DNA of 32,000 nucleotides from Nonomuraea sp. H19 (GTDB lineage: Bacteria; Actinomycetota; Actinomycetes; Streptosporangiales; Streptosporangiaceae). The stretch lies in assembly GCF_052068215.1 (NCBI RefSeq), contig NZ_JBQHCV010000011.1, positions 242,003-274,002 on the forward strand, written 5' to 3'. Each line of letters starts with the position of its first letter. Position 1 is the stretch's first letter. Below are positions 24,616-32,000 of the stretch, one piece after another. The notes below the pieces were generated by a model. The model saw only the letters and a list, made by a program, of their open reading frames with translations, made no database searches and was not told the DNA's origin. The position numbers and the translations under genes were made by a program.

Positions 24616-26285
24616 CGCGTCAGCCCTCGATACAGCCAGCGCGCGGTGAGGGCGACCACGGCCACGGGCACCGCGGTCGCGATCACCGACTGGGCCGTCA
24701 GCGTGCCGGCCGCGCTCATGAAGTGGCGCGACTGCTCCAGCAGGATCAGCGGCAGGTGGTCGCCCGACGGCCAGTTGAGCAGCAGCCCGACGATCGTGTC
24801 GTTCCACACCAGCACGAACGCCAGCACGCCGGCCAGCACCACGGCCGGACGCGCCTCGCGTACCACGTGCAACAGGTCCGAGCGGTGCCGCGCGAGCATC
24901 GGGGTCGTCACCCGGGTGAAGGCGCCGTGCAGCACCAGCACCGCCAGCGGGATCACCAGCGCCGCGTGCACGATGGCCAGCGCCGGGGCGGTGCCGACGA
25001 GAGGGCTGAGCCGCTGCTGCAGCGGCACCGCGAACGCCTGCGGCGGCAGCGCGGCCAGCGCCACCGCGACCAAGAGCGCGGGCCGCCAGGCGCGACGGGG
25101 CAGCAGGTGCTCGTGGGCCAGCACGTACGCGGCCGGCACCGCGGCCACCAGCACCAGCCCGACGACCACGACGGCACGCAGGAACGTGGTGCCGAGCACG
25201 CCGGTGAAACCGGTGTCGGCCAGCACCTCCCCGTATGAGCCGAGCGTCCACGGGCCGCCACTCCACCATCCCGACAGCGCCACCGCGACCGGGTCGCGCA
25301 GCGAGGTGAGCACCAGCACCGCGAACGGCAGCAGCCACAGCACCGCGACCACCGCGCACAGCAGCCAGACGCGCCGGTCACGCCGGGGCGCGGGCGCGGC
25401 GACCGGCTCCGGCCAGTTGACCCGGCCGCGCAGCCCGCCGAGTGAGGGCACCGCCAGCACCGCCACCAGCAGGGACAGCACCACCGCGAGCGCCGCGGCC
25501 CGCGGGTGGCCGAGATCGCCGTGGTGCCGCCACCAGAACAGCCCGCCGCCCTCGACCTCGGCCTGAATCGACCCAGGCGCGCCCATCAGCACCAGGTCGA
25601 AGACGCGAGCCGCCGCCACCAGCGCGAACAGGTACGCCAGCGCCGCCGGACCGGCCAGGGCCGGCGCCACGACCGACCACAGCCTGCGCCGCCGGCCGAC
25701 GCCGAACGCCCTGGCCACCCGCAGCAGGTTGGTCGGCAGCCGGGCCAGCGCCTCGTGGAAGACCAGGAACGCGACCCCGGCCCACTGCCACACGAACGCC
25801 AGCCCCATCACCAGCCAGATCCAGATCGGGCCGAGGAACGCCACGTCCGTGCCCAGCACCGCGTTGACCAGGCCGCGCCGCGGGTTGGTGTCGAACAGCA
25901 GCCGGAAGACCGCGCCCGTGGTGAGCGGTGAGACCGCGGCCGGCAGGACCAGCAGGAAACGCAGGCCACCTCCGACCACCGGGCCCGCGTTCCGCGCCAG
26001 CCACGCCAGGCCGAGCCCCACCGCGCACACGACCACGGCCAGCGCCAGCCAGATGAGCGAGTTGCCGAGCGACTGGAGCACCTGGCCGTTGCTCAGCACG
26101 TCGTAGCCGGGGAGGCTGATGAACACGGTCACGCAGAGCGGGATCAAGATGACGCCCGCCGACAGCAGGACCGCGAGCAGCAGATAGAGGGACGCGCGCC
26201 AGCGGCCGAGCCCGTGCCTGACCACCGGGATCCGGGCGTCGTGGTACGGAGCCACCTCGAACAGGAAGGCGTTCCGCTCCCTCAT
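24612..26285 (-). CDS. Fused double permease of a carbohydrate-type (CUT1-like) ABC importer (MalF-like plus MalG-like halves in one protein)
   Basis: 557 aa with about 12 TM helices in two similar halves. The first-half EAA-like loop is LPTNLLRVARAFGVGRRRRLWSVVAPAL. The second-half loop is poorly conserved. Start overlaps the upstream stop (ATGA at 26282-26285). Confidence 0.85.
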   Translation of the reverse strand: MRERNAFLFEVAPYHDARIPVVRHGLGRWRASLYLLLAVLLSAGVILIPLCVTVFISLPGYDVLSNGQVLQSLGNSLIWLALAVVVCAVGLGLAWLARNAGPVVGGGLRFLLVLPAAVSPLTTGAVFRLLFDTNPRRGLVNAVLGTDVAFLGPIWIWLVMGLAFVWQWAGVAFLVFHEALARLPTNLLRVARAFGVGRRRRLWSVVAPALAGPAALAYLFALVAAARVFDLVLMGAPGSIQAEVEGGGLFWWRHHGDLGHPRAAALAVVLSLLVAVLAVPSLGGLRGRVNWPEPVAAPAPRRDRRVWLLCAVVAVLWLLPFAVLVLTSLRDPVAVALSGWWSGGPWTLGSYGEVLADTGFTGVLGTTFLRAVVVVGLVLVAAVPAAYVLAHEHLLPRRAWRPALLVAVALAALPPQAFAVPLQQRLSPLVGTAPALAIVHAALVIPLAVLVLHGAFTRVTTPMLARHRSDLLHVVREARPAVVLAGVLAFVLVWNDTIVGLLLNWPSGDHLPLILLEQSRHFMSAAGTLTAQSVIATAVPVAVVALTARWLYRGLTR

Positions 26286-27502
26286 AAGGCGCCCTCCTTG
26301 CTGCCCACGACGAGCTTGTCGCGGGCGTGGCCGGCGGCCGTGGCCGGGTCGACCAGGCCCACGACGACGTCAGAGAACAACTCGGTCAGCACCCGCCACA
26401 GCCCGCGCCCGTCGCCGCCCTCCAGAGCGCCGATGAGCCCGTCGGACAGGTCGTAGTGGGCGTTCCTGGGGGCGAGCAGTTCCTGCGCGGGGCCGCGCAG
26501 CATCGGGTTGGTCGGCAGCGTGAACGGCGTCAGGAAGCCGCCGTCGTCGATCCAGTCCGTCAGCGCGTCGCGCGCGCCCGCCGTGCGCCGCCTGGTCAGC
26601 CAGTTCACGAACTCGATCGCGTCGGCCCCGTCCTTCATCGCCACCGCCACGTCCCCGCCGACCACCAGCGGCGGCGCGTTCCTCCCGTAGGCGGGGAAGC
26701 GGAAGTGCTGCGCGGTGATGCCTTTCGCCGCGTAACGGTCGATGACCGGCAGGGCGAAGTCGGGTGCGGCCACCAGGTCGGCGGTGCGATGGGCGAAGAC
26801 GTCGAGGATCGAGTCGTGGAACTGCATCGTGAGCGCTCGCCTGCCCTGGTCGGGCGTGAATGCCTCGCGCCAGATCGTGGCCAGCAGGGCGAGTGCCTCC
26901 TTCACCGGCGCCGCGCCCCACGCGTCCGGATCGACCCGCCCCGCGACGGGGAAGAGCGCGTCGTACGCCCCGGGGGCGTAGGCGAGCAGGACGTTCTCGA
27001 ACCAGTCGCTGAGCACCCATCCGTCGGCGGCGCCGATCGCGAGCCTGCCGCGGGCGGGCCGCCAGGTGGCCAGGTCCGCGGGCGGCCCGGACTCGCCTGC
27101 CCGCTGCCAGACGAGCGACTTGTGCGCGATCTTGAACCAGGCGCCGAGCTGGGCCCCGCCACCGTATGGCGTCACGAGCGCGCGCCAGAACTCGGGCTGC
27201 ACATGATCGCCGGTCCACGGCTTGATGCGGCGCTGGACCTCCGGATCGAAGAGCAGACCCAGCCTGGGGATCACGGCCACGTCGGGGAGGACCTCTTTGG
27301 CCGGGCCGCGCAGCAGGGCGGCGATGTTGTCGCCCGCCGAGTAGACGCTGACCCGCCTGCCGGGGTATTGGCCGACCACGTCGTTGAAGCGCCGCAGCTC
27401 CTCGCCGCTCCAGACCACCGCCACGCGCAGCCGGTCCGCGCCGCAGCCCGCCAGGGCCAGCGCCGGGATCGCCGCCAGGAGCGCCCTACGGCTCAGGGAC
27501 AT
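26282..27502 (-). CDS. ABC transporter extracellular solute-binding lipoprotein (family 1-like)
   Basis: Lipobox MSLSRRALLAAIPALALAGCG. Size and pattern match sugar-type solute-binding proteins. Sits between the ATPase-like and permease genes. Confidence 0.85.
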   Translation of the reverse strand: MSLSRRALLAAIPALALAGCGADRLRVAVVWSGEELRRFNDVVGQYPGRRVSVYSAGDNIAALLRGPAKEVLPDVAVIPRLGLLFDPEVQRRIKPWTGDHVQPEFWRALVTPYGGGAQLGAWFKIAHKSLVWQRAGESGPPADLATWRPARGRLAIGAADGWVLSDWFENVLLAYAPGAYDALFPVAGRVDPDAWGAAPVKEALALLATIWREAFTPDQGRRALTMQFHDSILDVFAHRTADLVAAPDFALPVIDRYAAKGITAQHFRFPAYGRNAPPLVVGGDVAVAMKDGADAIEFVNWLTRRRTAGARDALTDWIDDGGFLTPFTLPTNPMLRGPAQELLAPRNAHYDLSDGLIGALEGGDGRGLWRVLTELFSDVVVGLVDPATAAGHARDKLVVGSKEGAL

Positions 27503-28253
27503 CGATGATCTCCCAGAACAGCGAAGGGGAAGCCAGGCTGGCCACCCTGGTCCTGTCGTCGGTGACGACGAGCACGGCCAGACCGGGATCGGCGCCCAGC
27601 GCCGCGCTCACCGCCGCGTGGCAGGGCCCGCAGCCGGTGCGGTCCTCGACCACCATGACCTTGACCGGCACCAGCCTGCACAGGGTGCGGGCGAGCGCGA
27701 CGCCCAGCCGCTCGTCGTGGGCCAGCTCGTGCGGCCGGGAGCGCAGGAAGCCCTGGATGTCCATCCGCCTGGCCATGAAAGCGACCCGGCCGTGCACGAA
27801 CGACGGCGCCAGGTCGTCACGCGCGGCCAGCGCGAGGTTCTGCTCGACGGTCAGGTGCGGCAGCAGCCCGGCGCCCGCGGGGACCAGCCCGATCTCGCGC
27901 TCGGCCGGCAGCCACATGGTGATCTCCTGCCCGCCGACGATGATCCGGCCGCCGACCGGCATCTCCAGGCCGAGCAGGAGATCGGTGAACGCGTCGGCCT
28001 CGGCGCAGTCGGCGGCCACCACCACGGCCGCCCCGCCGGATTCCACGGTCAGCGGGTAGCGCGACAGGCGACGGCGAGTCCCATGTGTTTCCCACGTGAG
28101 GTCAGAGAGCTCGAGAAGTGGCACGTCAGCAACCGCCGTCAACTCCGGATGTCGTCCCCGTTCCGGACTTGACGTTTTCACAAACGGTGAGTCACGGCAA
28201 CGCGATTGACCAGACCCACCAAGCGCATCCAGGCCTCCGGCCACTGGGTGCAC
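27486..28253 (-). CDS. Degenerate ABC ATPase-like protein (all catalytic motifs lost)
   Basis: Collinear with MalK-type NBDs: LLELSDLTW...LTVESGGAAVVV, LLLGLEMPVGGRIIVGGQEI, AEREIGLVP, LLPHLTVEQNL. Motif changes: Walker A is AADCAEADA, signature is LAHDE, Walker B is MVVEDR, H-loop is TDD. The start is uncertain (ATG 28253, GTG 28181 or TTG 28142). Confidence 0.7.
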   Translation of the reverse strand: MHPVAGGLDALGGSGQSRCRDSPFVKTSSPERGRHPELTAVADVPLLELSDLTWETHGTRRRLSRYPLTVESGGAAVVVAADCAEADAFTDLLLGLEMPVGGRIIVGGQEITMWLPAEREIGLVPAGAGLLPHLTVEQNLALAARDDLAPSFVHGRVAFMARRMDIQGFLRSRPHELAHDERLGVALARTLCRLVPVKVMVVEDRTGCGPCHAAVSAALGADPGLAVLVVTDDRTRVASLASPSLFWEIIDVPEP

Positions 28254-28328
28254 GGCGGATGTGAGCGACGGCGGGGCGTCACCCGGCCCCCATTCCAGGG
28301 TGACGCCCGGCCGCCGGCCGAGGGGGCG

Positions 28329-28697
28329 TCAGCCCAGCATCAGCGCCGTCACGAACTGCAGCAGGTGCCAGGCCACGTAGGCGCCCACCGAGCAGAACGC
28401 CCACTCCTTGCCCCGCCTGATCCTGGACACCCAGCGCAGTTCCTCGACCGGCTCCTTCCGTACCCTGATGGTCCCGGTCACCAGGTACGCCGACGTCAGC
28501 CAGGCGAGCCATGACCCCGTGATGAGCCCGAGCGAGAGGGCGAGCAGGATCTCGGACCCGTCCGGCATCTCCCAGGGGGAGAGCTGCCGGGTCCAGAGGG
28601 CGAGCACCCCGGCGAGCAGCGCCACGGTGATTCGCCGGTCCTTGCGTGCCTGTCGCTTGAGCCACTGTAGGTCTCGTCGTAGATGGTTCTTGAGCAT
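28329..28697 (-). CDS. Small membrane protein of unknown function (about 122 aa, 3 TM helices)
   Basis: Helices ITVALLAGVLALW, ILLALSLGLITGSWLAWLTSAYLV and AFCSVGAYVAWHLLQFVTALML. GGAGG lies 8 nt before ATG 28697. The tracked GTG 28706 sits inside the SD and is less likely. Confidence 0.5.
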   Translation of the reverse strand: MLKNHLRRDLQWLKRQARKDRRITVALLAGVLALWTRQLSPWEMPDGSEILLALSLGLITGSWLAWLTSAYLVTGTIRVRKEPVEELRWVSRIRRGKEWAFCSVGAYVAWHLLQFVTALMLG

Positions 28698-28752
28698 CCG
28701 GATCACCTCCGTGGCGATTAGCTGGTTAGCACCAGCTAACGGGAGGATCCGG
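28698..28752 (-). promoter_or_regulatory. Nested inverted repeats in the leader of the small membrane gene; outer stem covers its Shine-Dalgarno
   Basis: Inner perfect repeat TTAGCTGGT-tagc-ACCAGCTAA (28718-28739). In the - strand RNA sense, the outer arms CCGGAUCCUCC and GGAGGUGAUCCGG can pair (7+4 bp with a 2-nt bulge) immediately before the AUG. Confidence 0.5.
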
Positions 28753-28801
28753 CGAAGATCTGCGACCTCAACCCCGAGAATTCACGACTTTTGGCGGTGT
28801 T

Positions 28802-31800
28802 TCAGGCTGTTTCCCGAAGCTCTTCCGTCACCCGCTGCGCTTCGAAGACGTCCCCCACGTCTTCGAGCGTCCGCACGGCCTCGGCCAGATATCCGATGGC
28901 CGCACGCCGGTCGCCGAGCCTGGCCGAGATCAGCCCCAGCGCGCGCAGCGCACAGCCGAGATCCCGCCGGGTCCCGCATCCGAGGTGCACGTCCCTGGCC
29001 TGCGTGGCGTAGACCAGCGCCTCCTCGCACCGGTCCAGGTCGAGCAGGATCATGGCCAGCGTCGTGAGCGCCGCCGCCCACCGGTCCGTGGTCCCGGTCT
29101 CGTTCTGCAGCTCGGCGGTCTCCCTGGCGGGCTCCAGCGCCGCGGCCGGCCGGCCCGCCGTGTGCAGCGCCTGCGCGATCGACAGCAGCGCGCTGGCCCG
29201 GTTGTCGCGCAGCTCCTCCCTGATCGCCAGCGACGCCTTGGCCGCCCGCAGCGCGGGCTCGTGCAGCCCGAGCGACAGGTACGTGTACGCCAGCGTCTCC
29301 TGCACGTCCGCCTCCACCCGCCGGTTCCCCATGCCCTGCACGATGTCGAGGGCCTCCAGCGCGTACACGAACGCCACCTGCGGCAGCCCCTGCCGCCGCC
29401 GCACCCTGGCGAGCCTGTTGAGCATCCGGGCCTCGACCGGCTCGTCGCTGATCACCCGGCTGATCGTCAGCGCCTGGTTCAGGAAGTCGTCGGCCCGCAG
29501 GTAGTCCGACAGCCGCCAGTGCACCAGCCCGATGTCCCCGAGCGTCTCGGCCTTGCCCTGCTCGTGGTGGAGCTCGACCTGGATGGCCAGCGCCTGCTCG
29601 TAGTACGCCAGCGCCTCGTCGTACCGGGAGCCGTTGCGCGCGATGCGCCCGAGCGCGCACAACGCCCGCCCGCAGCCGTACTGGTCGCCGGTCGCGGTGT
29701 AGCCGGCCAGTGCCCGCTCCGCGTCGCGCCGCGCGTCGAGCGGCAGCCGCAGCAGGTCGTAGATCTCCGCCAGGCAGAGCAGGGTCTCCGCTTCGGCGTG
29801 CTCGTCGCCCAGCTCGTGGCAGATCGACAGCGCCTCCAGGCCCTCCGACAGCGCCGCGTTGGGCTCGCCCAGGTTCTGCTGCACCCTGGCCAGGATGATC
29901 AGGCTCTGCGCGGTGCCCCTGCGGTCGCCGATCTGCTCCCGTACGTCGAGCGCCTGGCCCGCGTAGTGCAGCGCCAGCTCGTACCGCTCCTGGGACAGGT
30001 GCAGCCGGGACAGGGTGTGCAGGCAGCTCGCGACGCCGGTCAGGTCGCCGATCTCCCGGTAGAGGCCGAGCGCCTCCTCGCCGCACTTGAGCGCGTCCTC
30101 GCTGTTGCCGGCGATGCCGTGCACCTCGGCCAGGTCGTTGAGCGCGCGGGCGCGCCCCACGCCGTCCTCCAGGGAGGTGTAGTCGGCCAGCGCCTCGCTG
30201 ATGAACCGGGCGGCCAGGGTCGACGGCCCTATGTCGCGGTGGATGGAGCCCAGGTTCCCCCGCATGAGCGCGATCGCCCGCCGGTTGCCGACCTGCATGG
30301 CCGACGTCAGCCCGGCCTGCTGGATCTCCAGGTTGTTCTCGTAGTAACGCAGCCGCCGGAACGGCTCGAACACGGCCTCGGCGAGCCGCCAGGCCATCCC
30401 GTACGCGCCGCTCTCCTCGGCCAGCCGCACGGCCGACACCAGCGAGCGCCGCTCGGCCTCGAACCACTCGCGCGGCGTCGCGGGGTCGGTCGCGACGGCC
30501 AGGTAATGGTCGAGCAGCCGTGCCCTGGCCTCGCGCACGCCGGCCTCCGCGTGCCTGCCCAGCTCCCTGGCCAGCCGCTTGACCAGGTCGTGCACCCGGT
30601 AGCGGGGCCCGGGCAGCGGCTCGACCAGGTACGCCCGATGCAGCCCCTCCACGGCGGCCACGGCCTCGTCCACCGGCACGCCGAGCGCGGCGGCCAGCAC
30701 CTGCGGCGTGAAGTCGCGCCCGGGCACCAGCCCGACGTGCCGGAACGCGCGCCGCTGCGCCGGGCTCAGCGACTCGTACGCCAGGTCCAGCGCCGACCGG
30801 AACGCCTCCTCCGGGTCGCCCGCCATCACCGGGTCGGGCCTGCGCAGCTCCCGCACCCGCGACTGCACGCTCATCCCGGGGTTCTCGGCCAGCTTGGCCG
30901 CCGAGATCCGCAGCGCGAACGGATGGTACGAGCACAGTCTGGCCAGTTCGGCCAGCGCGTCCCGGTCGGCGGCCCGCGGCGAGTTCTCCCCGAGCACCGC
31001 CACCAGCAGTGCCACCGCGTTGCCCGGATCGAGCACCGGCAGGTCCATGAGGTCGGCGTGCCCGGTGGCCCGCAGCGGCGCCATCCGCGTCCTGCTGGTC
31101 ACCAGCGCCACGCAGTCCTTGCTGCCCGGCAGCAGTGCCCGCACCTGGGCGGGATCGGCGGCGTTGTCGAGGACGAGCAGCAGCCTGCGCCCGGCGATCC
31201 TGCTGCGGTACAGCAGCATCAGCTCGGCCTCGTCGGCGGCGGGCATGTGCTCGCCGATGCCGAGCGAGCGCAGGATCTGGCCGAGCGCCTCGGCGGAGGT
31301 CATGGGCGGCTGGCTCGGCGACTGGCCGCGCAGGTCGATCATGATGTGCCCGTCGGGGAACCGGTCGGCGTGCAGGTGCGCCCAGTGCGTCACCAGGGCG
31401 GTCTTGCCCACGCCCGGCAGGCCCTGCACGACCATGGTGTTCGTGCGGCGGGGCCGGTCCAGCCAGTTGGTGAGCAGGTCGAGGCTCTGCTGCCGCCCGG
31501 TGAAGTCGGGCACGTCGGCGGAGAGCTGGCGCGGCTTGGGGACCTCGCCGACCGGCAGCGGCTCGGCCACGGCTCCGGGGCGGGTCAGGAACGGCACGAC
31601 GCGGCCGGTCCACGGCTCCGACAGGTGCTCCCAAGGGCCGGCGGCGTCCCGCAGCGCGGGTGGGTCGGCGATGCGCAGCCGCCGGTAGCCGGGGCGTACC
31701 AGCCAGCCGCGCTGGACCCACTGCGTGAGCTGGCGCTGCACCACGTCCGGCGAGCTGCCGACCAGGTCGGCCAGGGTCTCCATGGACAGCGGCGGGGCCG

Positions 31801-32000
31801 ACTCCGAGGCCAGCGCGTACCGCTCGTCGAGATGCAGCAGCCACACGGCCAGCCGGGCGGCGACGGGGGCGCGGGCGAGCCCCTCGTGCCTGCGGGCCGC
31901 CACGTTCCTGGCGAACAGCTCCTGCACCAGCGCGGTCGCCACGGCGGGGGTGGCGGCGGCGTGCTCGCGCAGCCGCCGCAGGTCGATGGGCCAGGCGCGG
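28802..32000 (-). CDS. Crp/Fnr-type wHTH fused to NB-ARC ATPase and TPR array (STAND regulator); 5' end outside window
   Basis: The reading frame stays open upstream of the tracked GTG 31942 to the window edge (RAWPIDLRRLREHAAATPAV...). Crp-type HTH: SMETLADLVGSSPDVVQRQLTQWVQRGWLV. Walker A: QGLPGVGKTALV. Walker B: RLLLVLDNA. About 500 aa of TPR-like repeats follow. Confidence 0.85.
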   Translation of the reverse strand, partial: RAWPIDLRRLREHAAATPAVATALVQELFARNVAARRHEGLARAPVAARLAVWLLHLDERYALASESAPPLSMETLADLVGSSPDVVQRQLTQWVQRGWLVRPGYRRLRIADPPALRDAAGPWEHLSEPWTGRVVPFLTRPGAVAEPLPVGEVPKPRQLSADVPDFTGRQQSLDLLTNWLDRPRRTNTMVVQGLPGVGKTALVTHWAHLHADRFPDGHIMIDLRGQSPSQPPMTSAEALGQILRSLGIGEHMPAADEAELMLLYRSRIAGRRLLLVLDNAADPAQVRALLPGSKDCVALVTSRTRMAPLRATGHADLMDLPVLDPGNAVALLVAVLGENSPRAADRDALAELARLCSYHPFALRISAAKLAENPGMSVQSRVRELRRPDPVMAGDPEEAFRSALDLAYESLSPAQRRAFRHVGLVPGRDFTPQVLAAALGVPVDEAVAAVEGLHRAYLVEPLPGPRYRVHDLVKRLARELGRHAEAGVREARARLLDHYLAVATDPATPREWFEAERRSLVSAVRLAEESGAYGMAWRLAEAVFEPFRRLRYYENNLEIQQAGLTSAMQVGNRRAIALMRGNLGSIHRDIGPSTLAARFISEALADYTSLEDGVGRARALNDLAEVHGIAGNSEDALKCGEEALGLYREIGDLTGVASCLHTLSRLHLSQERYELALHYAGQALDVREQIGDRRGTAQSLIILARVQQNLGEPNAALSEGLEALSICHELGDEHAEAETLLCLAEIYDLLRLPLDARRDAERALAGYTATGDQYGCGRALCALGRIARNGSRYDEALAYYEQALAIQVELHHEQGKAETLGDIGLVHWRLSDYLRADDFLNQALTISRVISDEPVEARMLNRLARVRRRQGLPQVAFVYALEALDIVQGMGNRRVEADVQETLAYTYLSLGLHEPALRAAKASLAIREELRDNRASALLSIAQALHTAGRPAAALEPARETAELQNETGTTDRWAAALTTLAMILLDLDRCEEALVYATQARDVHLGCGTRRDLGCALRALGLISARLGDRRAAIGYLAEAVRTLEDVGDVFEAQRVTEELRETA

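Noticed and set aside
24616-25359. 248-codon N-terminal extension of the tracked 1022-aa ORF
   Set aside because: The extension is Arg/Gly/Ala-rich. It overlaps the permease gene, which has clear TM-helix structure in another frame. ATG 24615 forms an ATGA junction with the permease stop.
28782-31844. 1020-aa - strand ORF in an alternative frame of the STAND gene
   Set aside because: It is on the same strand but offset from 28802-31942, which carries the Walker A/B and TPR motifs. The alternative frame is almost pure Arg/Ala/Gly/Pro.

Overview
High-GC actinobacterial chromosomal window. I saw no rRNA, tRNA, CRISPR array, transposase or integrase. All homology calls come from reading the translations by eye; no searches were run. 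Left end (1-6.4 kb): a frameshifted LigD-type NHEJ polymerase gene, two convergent secreted M28 aminopeptidases, a membrane protein, a decayed FAD-monooxygenase relic, and a divergent MarR/VOC pair with operator palindromes. Centre (6.4-13.3 kb, + strand): a tightly coupled cluster. It encodes a truncated pseudokinase with one TM helix, a small helical protein, a 48-codon TM ORF missing from the ORF track, a 198-aa protein and a WXG100 protein. These are followed by a 1474-aa Rhs/YD-repeat polymorphic toxin with a helical secretion-signal-like N-terminus and a TM block, then an overlapping Cys-rich immunity candidate in a visibly lower-GC cassette. Next come a LysR/hydrolase pair, an amidohydrolase-MFS chimeric relic and a ricin-type lectin. 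The - strand then carries a 1400-aa FtsK/SpoIIIE triple ATPase with ubiquitin-like and FHA N-terminal modules (EssC-like), divergent from an ECF sigma/anti-sigma pair. Together these look like a Firmicute-style (T7SSb-like) Rhs-toxin export system in an actinobacterium, with no EccB/EccD/EccE/mycosin visible. This is my main candidate for a new system. Right end (- strand): a Crp-HTH/NB-ARC/TPR STAND protein (5' end outside the window) and a small membrane protein with a structured leader. They are followed by an ABC-importer-like operon whose ATPase has lost every catalytic motif, ending in a membrane-anchored STAND/TPR protein that lacks the Walker A lysine.
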